From NCBI GenBank assembly GCA_044892525.1, contig CM097885.1, forward strand, positions 36,582,001-36,646,000: a stretch of DNA of 64,000 bases, written 5' to 3'. The DNA comes from Schmidtea polychroa. Lineage: Eukaryota. A model generated the notes under the pieces. That model did no database searches and had not been told where the DNA came from. It saw only the letters and a program-made list of their open reading frames with translations. Position 1 is the first letter of the stretch, and each line of letters starts with the position of its first letter. The translations under genes were made by a program, and so were the position numbers. Shown in pieces: positions 14,258 through 30,084 of the stretch.

Positions 14258-14498
14258 GCTATTAATATTATAAAAATAATAAATGAATCTGTTTAAATTA
14301 ATAATAAATTAAATTTGTGTGTTGTATAATTTAATGAGCCAAGCTTATTTGCATATATCAGGGAATAATAAATTTATTTTTTCATGATGCCCGCTATTAA
14401 AGTCCGAAAGTGGAAATTGACATTCTTATAATCTAGTGAGACATTTATTGGTAAATTTATTTTGGCATATTGAAATAAATGATTCCTATTGAAATTTT

Positions 14499-14550
<52 letters not shown>

Positions 14551-14647
14551 GTTGTTGTATTTCTTGAAAAAAAAATTAATTAAAATTTATATATAAATGT
14601 TATGAAATAATTCAAAAAAATATTTTTCAAATTAATTAGTAAATTAG

Positions 14648-14687
14648 ATCTCTCCTTGACCAACAATGAAATTTTCCCCAATCAATG
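14648..14687 (+). CDS. Candidate 40-nt exon 2 of the LamG gene
   Basis: TTAG|ATCTC...CAATG|GTAAAA. Phase-1 entry matches exon 1 and reads (D)LSLTNNEIFPNQ(W). It is short, so it could be chance. Confidence 0.3.
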
Positions 14688-17600
14688 GTAAAATAATAAT
14701 AAATTATAATTGATTGATTATAAATACAAAGGAGTATATAATTTCTGGGTAAATAAAAGAATTTAAATAGTCTACAGAATTATTGGTCGTATTTTGTTTT
14801 AATAATTGCAAATCTATCAATCATTTCTCTGTCATATATTGCGATGAGAATATTTGAAACAATATCAAAACATTCTGAAAATTAAGTTTTTGTTAAAAAA
14901 GGCTTTTAATGTCTTTTAGATGAGATTCGATTCATTCATTATCAGATTTTCATTCAAATGATATTTGTGATCCAAGCTAATACGTTTATATTTAAAAATT
15001 ATTTTAATGTTAACCGCTTAAAATACATCTAGGTCACAAATACAATAAAAACAACTTCTGAAATAAGGAGTGTATTTGACTACTCTTAGTCACTCTAAGT
15101 CACTCTATTTCTATATTTTATTCATAATAACAATATAAAGTCAATCTGTATTATTAAAACAAATTGAGGCGCTAGTGAATTTATTAATATTTTGGTAGGA
15201 AAAAAATTATCTTTCCTCCATCATTACTATTTATTAACCGTTAACATTATTGAAACATTATTTAAAAAAATCTTTATAAGATCCCCTTATACATCTGATT
15301 TCCTAATTTTCATAATAGAAACATATTACAACTGGAGATTATCTATATTTTCAACTGCTTGGAGAATAAATACTTTAGCATTTTGTGCTGGTCATATAAT
15401 GTATAAATAATAAAAGTTATCATTAAATTTTATATTAATTATTTATATTATACCCTCCCCCATCTAATTTTTAAAATTTTAAAATTTTGTTTTAATTATC
15501 GATCACGTAATCATTTTAATTTTGTTTAAACCGTTGATTGCGTCATCATTTTCATATTTTGTAAGAAACCTTTATGTCAATATACTTGAAATTAAATACT
15601 CTATTAAATGAGACAATGAAGTAATCAAAATTGTGAAATTTCATTTTTAGTGCATCATTTTTGAATTTACACATCTTTTTAAACAATTTGAGATATTTTC
15701 ACTAAAAGAATATATAGATAAAATTTAAACCTCTACAAAATGACATCATTATTTATTTCAAATTCACAACCACAACACCTTAAACAATGCCTTTTCCAGC
15801 CAAACTTTATATACACACATTTGCAACTTTTAAAAAATACAAATTATTCATCAATACTTAAGAAAACCTATTATGATATTAAAAAATTATATTAAAAGAC
15901 ATATTAAAAAATATATTAAAAACTAAACATTTATTAAAATCCCAGAGCACTATCTAATCTCCAAATCGGTGATATGACATCTTTCTCATCCATTTTATGT
16001 CCCTGTATTGAAATATTTACAAACCAGCTTTCCCCATCTTAATATTCAATTTCTTCAAAGGCATCATGAAAACGGGAATTCGATTGTTGATGAATATATT
16101 TCCATTGCAACTTAGATTCTTAGTGATTTTCCCCAACACTATTTATTACAACATCTTCTTTTGTTATATGAAACTTGAATATTTGATCAATTTGACTGCA
16201 TTTGAGAATTTATATGGAATTTCATCTACCAAGAAATATATCTTATGGTTATGATACATTTGGTTACACATTTTTCTTGATTTGAATCGGTTTCAATTAT
16301 TTTCAAAATCTCAATTCAATAAATTTAAGAAATGTTATTACTAATTACTTTTATTAAATTTTACTATTAAATTTTATCAATCATTAATTAGTATTTTATT
16401 AATTGCTATTAATGATTTTATCTCATTTTCATTCTTCATCTTATTATTATTTCAAAGTATCGACCGAAACCCTGTACATCTTATAAATTATTATTTAGAT
16501 TTAATAAAATTACAACATATCATTTTCTATTCTATTACTCACTGTTGAGAATTTAATACCTATTCTTCATTAAAATCAGTCAAATAATTTAAATAGTTGT
16601 AAACATTAAGTTTAGTCAATTGTTCCGAGAAATCTATATTTTAAGTATAATTATTATTTCATTTAAAATATATTTAAAACCAGTATGTTTTAATTACAAA
16701 AATAGTTATCAATAAATCGAGTAAGGGGTATGAAATTATTTAGAATCAATAAGTAACACACACTGTAATAGATGTAATAGTAGATTAATACATATTACAA
16801 TAAACCCACTCACCAGCATATATATATATATTAAAACACGCACATATTAACATTATTCAATACATACAATTCATAGAGGTTAAAGACATACGGACCAATC
16901 AGAATCATGCATTAAAATTGCATCTTTATTGCATATGAGTAATATCAAAACCGAAAAATTCATTAAATCGTTAAATAATAACTTCTATTACAGTATTTTA
17001 AACAATATTCAATCACTAATTATTGCAAAATAATAAATTATTTCAGTTAATGGTTACAAAATCAATAAAAATATTACAATAAATCAAAACAACATCACGA
17101 AATCTTTCAATAAATTACAATAATGTTATAAAGTCTTTATTAAGGGGCAATAAAGTGGGAAAATTATTTCGGTGAATGGCAACAATTTAATAAATATTTT
17201 ACACTAAATTACCATAAAATTATGAAACTTTTCATTAAATTACAATAAAGTAGTAACATATTTCGGAAATTTTCAACAGTTGTAAAATATTTAAGCAAAT
17301 TGTAACAAATTATAAAAATATTACAACAAAGTAATAACTTACCTAGGACTAGTTAACTATATGTGTTAGCACTGTACGCAAAACTATTCATATTTTTATT
17401 AGTTTTTATTTGGGATATGTGAAAAGCTATGTCAGTGTATTAAATATTTTTATCAATTCGAATTTCTGTTTGTCACAGTAAATATTAAATAAAATAAAAT
17501 TTCTCTCGGTTAAATGAACTTAAAAATAAATTATTATTGAAAATAATAAATCTTATTGATAAATATATTATTATTATTTAAATTTGTTCATTACTCAACT

Positions 17601-18312
17601 GTGTTTCTCAATATTCTATAAACTGATAATCTGTTAATGCACTATTAAAACTTACTAATTTCTGGACCTAATTCATAATTAATTCGAATAACCTGTTAAT
17701 TTAGAATTTTAAAATTTAATAAAATTATGATTTTTATAGCTTAAATATTATTTTAAAAATATAATTTAAAAACTTTGTAAGTTTAATTTTTATCTATTTA
17801 AAAAAAAGATTACTAGTTATAATAAATGAAGTTTTTATAATTTTTGAAAATAATGAATGGTAAATGAGAATAATTGTCAATTCAAACACTTTAAAATAAT
17901 AAAACACCATGTTAAAATGAAAATTAGGTAAAATAATTTAAATATGTCAAATTACAATGAAAGACATAAAATATAGAGTTCTAATTTTTATCCACAAAAG
18001 GTCTGCTTTGAATTGATTAGTAATACCGAGCAAACAACTGTATACCAAACAACCTGATACTAACAACCAAGTGCTTACAACTAGACACTAACAACAAGAT
18101 ACTGTCTACATAGTACAAGATATCAACAACAACTGAATACCTACAACTAGATACCAATTACCTGCTACCAACTACTATCAACCTGTTATCATCTAGGTAC
18201 TACAACTAGCTACCAAGTACTAACAACTATCTACTAACAACCAGATACCTACTACCAAGTACCAACAATCTGTTACCATTAACCGGTTTGATAAGCTGTC
18301 CATAAAAGTCTG

Positions 18313-18822
<510 letters not shown>

Positions 18823-19299
18823 GACTACATATTTACTTAAATTTATTTAATTTTTTAGTACTAGATAATTTTATTGTTTTCCCTACAACAGTGGTACGCA
18901 AAACATTTATAAAACGTGTCAAAGTACAAACAAAAAAGGTTTCGTTTTTGTATCGAATATTTCTCATCCAATATCTAGATTTTATGTTTATGAGTGCCAA
19001 GAATTCAAATTCATATTGAAATTAGGATTTTTTAAAGACAGTTTAAATAGAAAAATTGAATTGCCCCCAGTTGCAAAATTCAAGGAAATAAACTGATATT
19101 CAACTGCTTTACAATCTTATCAATTTGAATACTTTATTTGGCTTATAAAAATATATACCTCTTAATAAATATATAAAAAGTAGGGTAACACATGGACCCG
19201 GGAACGAAGACCTATGACTTCATCGATGACGTAACAAAGACATATCACGTCACCCCGGGCCCCCCTCCGAGGGAAGGGGAATTTTTTATTTTTAATTGT

Positions 19300-19672
19300 T
19301 AAGGTCAATTTAAGGTCATAGAAAATTTTGAGGCCACAGTAAGGTCAACCTAAGGTCAAACGTTAAGGTCAATGCCATTTTGAGGACAGGTTAGGGTCAA
19401 TTAAAGCCATTATAAGGTCAAATTCTGAGGTCAAAGTCAATTTTAGGTCATTTAAAGTGAAATTCTTAGATCAAAGTCAATTTTAGGCCATTTTAAGGTC
19501 AAAATTTGAGGTCACTGACTCATCGTTTTGAACAAGGACATTTAACGGAACAAAGACATTTAACGGAACAAAGACATATAACGGAACAAAGACATATGAC
19601 TCATCATTATATTGAACAAAGACATTTAACTGAACAAAGACATATGACTCATCATTTAAAGGAACAAAGACT
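19300..19672. repeat. Subterminal tandem arrays of the Polinton: AGGTCA-rich units, then ~18-bp GAACAAAGACAT(T/A)TAAC units
   Basis: Read directly. Confidence 0.85.
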
Positions 19673-20028
19673 GAAAAGTTATTATTGCGCGCGGGAGTTA
19701 CTATTATTATTATTGTCAATATTATTATTATTATTTATTATTATCAATATTATTATTATTGCAAATATTAGTGAAAAACCTAAAATATTTTTACACACAT
19801 AAGTTATAGGGTAGAGAATTATTATGTGTTTGCAATAATTAAGGGAAAAAATATGAAATTTTATCAAAATTTATGAAAAATCTGTTTTTTGTGTGCCTTT
19901 ACAGAAAATTGTCAATAAGGAGCAATAATTAAGGGAAAATTTTACACACATTCCATATCACATTCGATATGTATTGCACATTTATTGCACATGTCTTGTT
20001 TAACACGGGTGTATATGCTTAATATGTG

Positions 20029-20137
<109 letters not shown>

Positions 20138-20249
20138 TCATGATTTTGTTAATCATGCATTTATACTGCGCGTTTTTATTATTCATGAACATGTATTGCA
20201 CCTGTCTTTGTTAATCATACCTTAAAGCTCTATTATTACTATGATTAAT

Positions 20250-21779
20250 TATTTTAAACTGTTGTTCTTTAACTTATAATAATCTCGCTGAAATGAATCT
20301 ATACTAGCTGCTCTCATTTGGGTATTGTAATCAATATATTCTTTGAAAATAGCTACTAGCACAATTAACTTTTGTGATTTGCGCCGTAACTCAACCATTT
20401 TGTCAAAACTGTACATATATTTGGTCTCACATATTTGGTCTTTGGTTAGTGTGTTAATAACAACTTTTCAACTTTTACTACAAAGTTCAGGAGCTATAGG
20501 TAAATCATCTAATTTATCTTGTAGTCAATCCGGAATGGTGATATCTACCTCTAGAACATAACCACGATCTCCACAAAACTCATCCCAATTTGCACATCTT
20601 TCGACAATGCCATTCATTTCAGTCTGATTCACCATCTAAATTCACCAAAGGAAGTTTTTGCGACAGAGCCAATCCATATAAATTATTAACATCTAGGTAT
20701 GACATTTGTGTTGATTCATCAGCTTCAACATGGTGTTTGTTGATAAATGACATTCCACCATGAATACTAGCTTCAAATAAACGATAGAGCTCTGGATCTT
20801 GAATAAGTTCTATCGGTTCAGGTAACTGTTTAATAGCTTATGCCTAATTTAATCCAGGTATGGAAACAAACGACATGGCCTCAAGTCCATCTTCGTCGAA
20901 TGTTTTTTCTCTGAAAGCCTCAAAAATATCTGCTAATAATAAAACATCCAACTTGAGATATACTAGCATGTAATCAAGCAGTGTCTCACAGTTGTATTGT
21001 TGCCAGATTCGATTTGTATGTATGTAATTTTCTTGACTAACTTCATCCTAAATTGGTGATAATTCTGTTATTGACTGTAAAACATCCAATGATGTAGCGA
21101 TATCATATCATAAGGAAAAATGGTTTTACTAGTCATCATCTGTGATTCGAAAACCTCTGACGTCAGTGGAAGACATGGCAAGTTTTTTGATACGTTTTCC
21201 AAGCTGCTATTTAAAAATTGTAAAGAATCAATGAATCTAATTCTTCTGCCTTTCGATATCTCCGTAAGTGTGAGAAACATTTTGGTTGATTGAGGAATAA
21301 CGTTTAAATTTCAATCTGGCGATTTTCCAATTGCATATTTTAATATATGATGAATGTCATATCCACGAAGATTGTGAAATACAACAGGTAAAGACGGATT
21401 GATTCTTCTAGCCAAATTACAATCTTGACACGCTGCTCCAAGATATTGAAAAGTAAATTGACCATGATCTCGAACAGGTATATTGATAATCAAACAATAT
21501 ACAAACAATATAATGATAATCATTAATGAATGTAGATGACATTGCAATTGCTTTATTTGACAAACACCATTTTTTAATTTCACCATCCTCTTTGATAAAC
21601 TCTGCACAAAGTCCAAATTGTATTTTTACTGTCCCCAATCGTTGAATATGATCTTCTATTTCTTTGATAACACAATCTGGAACAACAATGTCAGGAGAAT
21701 AAATTGTACATATAACTAAAACATGGATATTTTGTGCGAATAATTTATGAATATTGGTTAACTTTGTAATTTTATTCAT
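20250..21779 (-). pseudogene. Protein-primed family B DNA polymerase (pPolB) remnant
   Basis: Motifs in order: RDH..YLGAACQDCNL, PVVFHNLRGYDIH, RFIDSLQFLNSSLE, IFPYD, YLKLDVLLLADIFEAFR, SIHGGMS, YLDVNNLYG, GYVLEVDI..DLPIAPE, YIDYNTQMR..RDYYKLKNNSL. Many stops and deletions. Confidence 0.92.
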
Positions 21780-24700
21780 TTAAAATAATATTTAGCAATA
21801 GGTAATTTAGCAAAATATCATTGAAAGATTTATCCATTCGATAAAATCTCTATATTACTTCAATATATTTTACCCTTAAATGATATTCAACCGATTTAAT
21901 TTCTAGAAATCTAATTAAAATCATAAATTTCCTTCAATAAAGATTTATTTTCTTTAGCGTTGTCGATGTCCAACCTTTAAGTCAATATTTCTCAAGTTTT
22001 GTCACTGATATCCCAGCAATGAATAAAATAACATCTTAAATAAAAATAAAATAATTTAAAGCAATAACCTTTGATATCAATCCCAATTAATTCTAAAGAT
22101 TTCAAATATTTCATTGTCAAAACCAAGTAAATAAACACCTAATTGATCATTAACCCTAAACAACTTAATAAAACCGTGGATAATTAATAAAATCTGGTTC
22201 TAAAAGTAAAACATAAATCTAAATTACTGTGCAATAACAACCTAATAAACCTCTAAATCGATATAATTTTACAGAAACTAGTATTAATTCATAGCTAAAT
22301 ACTGACTATTTTCCTTGAAAATTTGATATTTTACCAATAAGAATATTTAAATAGTGATATTCAAAACTTTAACCGATTCCTCACCAAATATTTCTACCCC
22401 TTTTAACACCCTTTAAAAATTATATATTCCCATCTTAACCGAACCCTCACTAAATTCAACCGAATATATCCCTTAATTTCACCCACTTGAGGACTTAATA
22501 TATCTGAAAATCAATAGAAAATTCTTCAAAATATGAATTTTATTTAATTGTTACAGACACCAAAACATTCTTCCATTGAAATCATTTAGTAGCTAAATTC
22601 ATTTAGTAAGAGCCCACTAAAAGACACGAGTTTTACATAATAAATTCACTAAAATCAATCTACAAATTTACCATCAAATACCTAACTAGAGATGATATAT
22701 ATTGATTGATCTTAATTCCACATCGATTCAACCAATTATAGCAATTATATCATGATATATCTTTCAAACTAAATCACAAATTTAATAAATTTCTTGATAA
22801 TTTGCTGTATTTTATTGACTTGTTTTTAAATTATTTAAAAATTATTTTTAATGACAGTTAGGTTAATAATTAGAGATTTTACAATAATCAAGTGATAGGA
22901 TAAATTATTTAATTTTTATGATGACTTTGTAATGATATTGAATTTGACTAAATAATTTTTTCATATATTTTCTAAGAATATTTCCATTTACACATTGATT
23001 AATTTTTAAATATTGAAAATCGAAAATTGAAACCATCTAATGTTATCATGATGATATATTTGAAATCTTAAAAATTATTGTAAAACATACTGAAATTTGT
23101 GATTTGGGGATATGACGTAACATATATTTATTACCTCATCGATGACGTCATATATCTTTTTTTCCCCGGTCCACATGTTACCCTACTATAAAACAAATAG
23201 AATGTAAAATATATTTATATAGACAAACGAAAAGTTGTCCATTTTTTCAGAAACTTTGAAAGCACTGAGAGATCATTTAATTTCTGAATCTTCCAAGACG
23301 TCAAAAGATTTGTAATCAACATAATAAAGGAGGTTTTAAACCGAAAATTGTTATCATAAACACAGAATTGTGTTTCCATTTGTTATTCAAATTATTTACT
23401 TTTATTTTGATTAAATGTAACATTTTTACCCGTGACATTTTTCATGACAATTCGACATTCATTCATGATATTTGTCAGTTGAATTAACATTGCAATCCGT
23501 AAATAACAAACTCATATTTTTCAATAAGATTTATTTAAATAAACAAATATTTTGGAAATTTTAATTCCTTTACTGTCAAACAATTGTAATTCAATTCATG
23601 CATAAATATTCAGCAAACTATTTTACCTAGTAACTTAACATAAAATTTATTTTGAAATTAAACAATTTTTAATCTTTAATAAACTCTTCAACATTTTTCT
23701 ATTATATTTTTAAAATTGTATTTTTAAAAATCGATTGTTTTGAATTTTAAATTTTAATTAAATTTTAATTAAATATACGGATATGAAAATTTGTTACAAT
23801 CCACCCTCCTTTAACGCAATGCAATAATTGGTTATAAAAATAAAGAAAACTAATTTCATTTTGTTAAAATCAACACGAGTTTTACATAATAATTAATTGC
23901 AAAATAGAAGGGGTTACTGTTTATTATAATATAGTACATAGGTTGTAGGTCAGTATGATTTTCAATATTAATTTTCAACTCACACGTGTCCCCACAAAAA
24001 ATTTTTTAGTACGTAAGCCAAAATTATTCATTCAAAATTTGAAAAATTTTCTTTGTAATTTTATTATTGACAACTTTAAGTTAACGTCATCTGTATAAAT
24101 AAAGCTAATAAAAAAAAGTAATACTTAATAAGCACTTTTGATCCTAAGAAGATAGAAAAATCACAAAATAACCATACAACTTTTACGACGTTTTGAGATA
24201 CAAATATTTAATTTCCTTGATCTTTCATTATGTAAAATATGTTATTCTATAATATTTAAAAATTTTGAAATAATTAAAGAAATATATTAATGAAAGAAAT
24301 AGTTAAATAAATATAGAATTCTATGAAATTGTAAATATTTTCAAAAACTCCTTTGAATCCTTTTGATATATAATAATTAATATTAAATAATCCCTCGATT
24401 ATTGAACGTAACTAAAACAAGCATGAAAAGAAACCTTAAAAAATATAAATATTACATTTTTTAGTTTAAGGAAAATACATTAGTTAAAACAAAATTCATA
24501 AAAAAATTTCAAAGACATTAAAATCATTTGATGATAGGTTGAAAACAAATATTTCAATATTTTTAGCAAGTAGATGTGAGTCCAAAAATAACAGAGATTT
24601 TTAGATCTTACCAGAGTTTAGTTAGTGTGATAAGCTAAATAATAGAGTTACTAGGACACTAGGATAATTTTGAATTGACAGAGCTTAAAAAATAAATGGA

Positions 24701-25295
24701 ATAATTATTTTGTGACGGCTACAATGAATCATGTTATTTGTAACACATACTTCTGCAAAAAGTTTTGTTTTTACTGTGCTAATTTTAAATACATCATTTG
24801 CAAATTCAATATTATATAAGCAGAAAAGTATACACACTGCTCGATGCATAAACCCATACTAATTACAGACATGGAGTCAGAATTATGGTAATGAATACAA
24901 TCCACCCGGCTCAATCCGTCTCCATACAAATGAAAAAAGTGTATTTAATTTTCAGCTAATTGCATGATGGCTTATTTTATTTACAATCACAAAAATGGAA
25001 AATATGTAAGCCATTTAATAAGTAACATAAAAATAACGAATAAAATTAATTTATTGTAAATTTGGAATATCCCCAGTAGATTGAATAAAAATCTTTTATA
25101 ACTTAGAAAATAACAAAACAGTCTAAATAACTAAAAATATAAAGTGTTACCCAATAAAACTCTACATTAAGACAAAACTAATTTAATACTCCATAAAAAC
25201 TTTAATTCACTACCCTCAATTGTAGAACATGATAAAACTACTTCATCATCAACTAAATCATCATAAGATCCAAATCACTTAATAATAATAATAAT

Positions 25296-25425
25296 AAAAC
25301 AATAAAATGATAATTTAAGCCTTTTGCTGCAAATAATGTATTATTTGTATTATTTGCAGCAAAAGGCTTAAATTATCATTTTATTGTTTTAAATAATAAA
25401 TGCTGCTACCAAGCAATCATCATTT

Positions 25426-25428
<3 letters not shown>
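25296..25428. mobile_element. Family B foldback mini-element in (AAT)n
   Basis: AAAACAATAAAATGATAATTTAAGCCTTTTGCTGCAAATAAT and its inverse, followed by the family B 3' tail. Confidence 0.85.
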
Positions 25429-25477
<49 letters not shown>

Positions 25478-26119
25478 GTAATAATAATTGTTTGGGGACG
25501 AAATAAAGAAAAGAGAGTTTGTTCCATTGCGGATTCGAAGACCTTGGAGGTTAGAATAAAACGAGTTAACAAAAGATCAAAAGAGGGAATGGTCAGGCTA
25601 CTTAAAAATTAAATTAATTTAATGTTTAAATAAATTAGTAATTAATTAATGTTTAATTAGTATTGACGATGTCATATCTTAGATTTTAGACGATAATACC
25701 AGTTTGGCTGCTATTCAGAGGTAGAAAATATAATGGCAAGTTATAGAATGAGATCACACGGAATTCAAACCGGGTCAACCTAACTCGCATTCATCTACTT
25801 CAAACAATTATTAAAAAAGAAAATAATTCAAATATTTTATTCACATATTTCGATTTGCCATTTGCGATTGAATAAACTAATTGAATATAGGATTTTATTT
25901 ATAAATAATGTATAAAATGTTAGCTAAATTTTAAATTTTAGTTTTAATTTTAAAAATAAGAAAATTGTCGGTTTCATGTTATGTAGAATCTGAATTTTAT
26001 TTAAAAATGTAAGGATATAAAGAAAGTTGAGAGGGATTTAAAAAAAATTATAAAAATTTAAAGAATTAAAGTTCAATTTTAAATTAATTTTTATTCTCAA
26101 AAATTAAATCCTATCCAAG

Positions 26120-26327
26120 AATCTGAACGGCAAATATAAATTATCAGTGGAATATATTAATGAATACAAATTATATGCAGAAATACAAGGATTCAGTACC
26201 ATATTAATGAGCCGAAGAAAGAATTTCATAGCAATGAGTAAAGCCAGTAATTCTTTCAGTGAAATGTTAAATGAAACATTAATCGAAAAAAACCGTATCT
26301 TAGCATCCAATTTCCTACCTAAAAATG
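26120..26327 (+). CDS. Candidate internal exon, product unknown
   Basis: Open frame NLNGKYKLSVEYINEYKLYAEIQGF...NFLPKN between CAAG| and G|GTTAAT. No recognisable domain. Confidence 0.3.
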
Positions 26328-26388
26328 GTTAATAATAGTAATTTAGATAAGCCAAATCTTCTTCATTAACCAATAATAAAAGTAATAA

Positions 26389-26545
<157 letters not shown>

Positions 26546-29500
26546 TATCATTATTATTATAATAATGATAATAATAATATTATTATTTACGAATGTAATA
26601 CAAACACGAACAATTAGCTCTTGTAAGTTTTCCAATTTTCATATCTTTGGTTTCATAAAAATAAATCTGAGAAGAAATATCGGCATGATTTGAGAAATCT
26701 TTCTCTTGAACCTTTATATACAGAAAATTCTGAATTACTTGAAAAATATCAAATGAATTTGAACAAATATGATTGGTATCAACGTTTAAATTAATATTTC
26801 AATTATAAAAATTTTCGAAGATAATTTTAAATTCGACATTTTCAAATAAACATTGAAAACTATTTTCTACTTGTCAATTTTTTATGAAAAAATTAAATAT
26901 AAATTATTTTATTTATTTTCATTTTTTTCAATATTTTTTTCATATTTAACATTAAAATCTAAAAGTGTATTTTTAATATATTGATAGATTCTATAAAAAT
27001 ATATGTAAAAATGAGAACAATTATAAAAAGTTGGAAGGTGAAGATAAAATATTTTTTATTAACTGGACATTTTAAAATATATTTTAATGATTGACAAATA
27101 TGCGATTTGTTGCATTCATAAGCTGTAGCATGTAAAATGATTTAAAATGAAAGATACGATCCAGACCGGCTAAATTATTATAGGTTCAGATTGTATAATA
27201 ATGATAAAGATAGAAAAGGAAATAAGGTATTGGGACAATGGAAAGGTAATTTCAAATTTATTCTACATGCTAATAAAAAATAAATAATAAATAATAACAA
27301 ATTCAAGATTTGAAGTTCAGAATGTTTTATATTTAATTTCTAATAATTGAGTTTTATTTTTATTTTCAACATTGACTAAAACTTTATATTTAAACAAAAT
27401 ATTTAACATTAAAAATCACATGTTTTATGTCGGATACAAATTTTATGAAATTAAAAATTAAAATTGTAAATTTATTTATTTATTTATTTAAATTCTAAAT
27501 ATTTTTATATTAACAAGTTGAAGACCCAAAAAAACCGTTTCAAAAATATCACTGCAGCTGGGTATTTTTGTCCGGCTGTTTAATTTAAATAATTTGTATC
27601 TTTCTTTTCTCTTGGAGCATTTGACAAATTATCCTCAAAAAATTCGATTATTATTCAATTTCGTTCATTTCCCTACGTTTCCCAAAAATGCCGACCATTT
27701 TAAAATGCTACCTTAGAAGATAAATAAGCAAATGAAACTTGAAAAAAACCCAGAGTCATATGTCGATGATTGATATAAAAATCTAAATAGATGAAATAAT
27801 ACAAATAATCGCAAAGGTAGCCTCTAAGGAAACCATTCAAGAAACACAAAGTTATTTCTTTACTCGTCCATAAAAAGTTCAATATATGACCCGACAGCAA
27901 TGTATTAATAACATTTGAAAATAGCAATGCCGAAAATTTGTGCTACACAGGACAAAATTATATTCCGTTAAGAAATTTGGAAAAGACTGACAGTTAATGA
28001 AATTTACAATCTCAAAAATACATATTAATTGTAAAACGAGATAATCGGACATTTATGAAACTCCTAACATCAATTTCAATTCCTTTATATATTTATTAAT
28101 AATTAGTTAAATTTTCTCTTAAAAAAAGAAACTTTTTTATAATAAATTTTAATATTTTTTCATTTATCGGTTCTGGATTTTTATTAACATAAAGTATTTC
28201 ATAAAAGAAAAAGACAACTTACTAAATGAGGTTATTGATAATGAAATTTTCTTCAAGTTATTTCGTTGTAATCGTTTCCTCTGAAACGATTATATACGAT
28301 TTATGAAAAAATAATCCGAAAATGAACCAAAAAAACATCGAGAGGAATTAAAATGAAAATTAGTTGTCTAATCCTAAAAGTTGATATGAAATTGCTTTTT
28401 CGATTCTCTATAATATCTGTCGGAAAAGCCATATTTTTATATTTTTAGATTGTAATAATAAAAATGGCGAGTAAAATGTAATTTCAATGTCATCTATTTG
28501 TTAGACAGGAAATACAAAATAAATACTTCAATTTTAGTTATTTAAACAAAAATTTAAATAAAATTTAATCATATTATTTTGTTTGAAATAGTGAAACAAA
28601 AATTATATTATAAGGAAAATACTAATAGAAATATTAATTTTAAGAATTTACAAATTAAGTACAATTTATTAAACTAAATTGTAAAGGTAAAAGTTATTAT
28701 TTTTTCTAGGAGTAATAGTTGAAACTGGAAGAAATTAATAAAACAAATAAAAAGCAAAAAATAAATTTTCAAATTGTGTGACATGTTAAATGACTAAATT
28801 ATGATGACTAAAACAAAATAATCTATTGTGATATTTAAAATTGTATAATTATTTAAAAGTCATTTTAAAAATGAGCTTTGTGGCAAAACCGAGAAAAAGA
28901 AAAATGGGAAAATATATGCTTTTAAATCATTCGATAATTGAGATAAATATATAATTTTTATTAAAAAGTGTCAAATAAAATAAGAAGATGACTATGAAGA
29001 TATTAAAAATACTCTAATGTTAGATAGTGTTATATTTATTATTAATTATTAATTTATTAATAAAAAAAGCTCGTCATTACAATTAATTCAATATGATTAC
29101 ATCACAAAAATAAATAATAAATGTTTTCTAACAAAACTCCATTATTTGTCAGTGCTCATTTAGTAAAACGAAAAAAGGATATGTTTTTCAAAGAAATAAA
29201 TATAAAATATGTTTCTTAATAATAGTTCCCACAAAAAGACAGTTGAATAATTAAAACAAAAGCAATATAAATCAAAATTCACAAGACTACTCAAAACGAT
29301 TAGAAATCATTCCAGTAAATTGTTTATTCACGACTTACTAAAGCAATTTACATAAATCTAAATTTTTCATTTTTTCCCGTTAATTTCACTTTCTAATTTC
29401 CACTAAGATTATACATTTTCCACCAATAGCATCCCGATATTCCCAACCAGACTTTTTTTTTGTTTGTAAACATTAATTAGTTGATATAATGATGGAATAT

Positions 29501-29775
29501 TTTGATTTAAAATTTCTAATTAATTGAAAATTTTATGAAAAGGAATCAGGTTGCATTAGTAACACGTGTTATCAAATGCAGAATCTCATCAGAATCCAGG
29601 ATTAACAAATTTGGGTTAGTTTATTAAAGCTTTTAATGTCGAAGGGAAATGTCAAGAAATCCAGAAATATCAGTATGATTTAATTTATTTTAGACTTCTA
29701 GATGATATATAAGTATATCATTTCATTTTTATTACTACATGTATAATTCAATGTTTTATTATGTTTTAAGGTCAA

Positions 29776-30083
<308 letters not shown>

Positions 30084-30084
30084 G

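Noticed and set aside
15940..16300. Less AT-rich minus-strand stretch that looks like decayed coding sequence
   Set aside because: Multiple stops and no recognisable family.
18020..18285. C/A-rich degenerate repeats (CAACAAC/TACCAA) upstream of the Gypsy fragment
   Set aside because: Could be LTR or UTR sequence, but no TG..CA boundaries, PBS or PPT could be identified.
19529..19672. Regularly spaced short repeats resembling a CRISPR array
   Set aside because: No unique spacers of constant length, eukaryotic context, and it lies inside a Polinton end.
29555..29600. CTGATGA on the minus strand next to a small palindrome (TAACACGTGTTA)
   Set aside because: No stem II or GAAA in register, so not a hammerhead.
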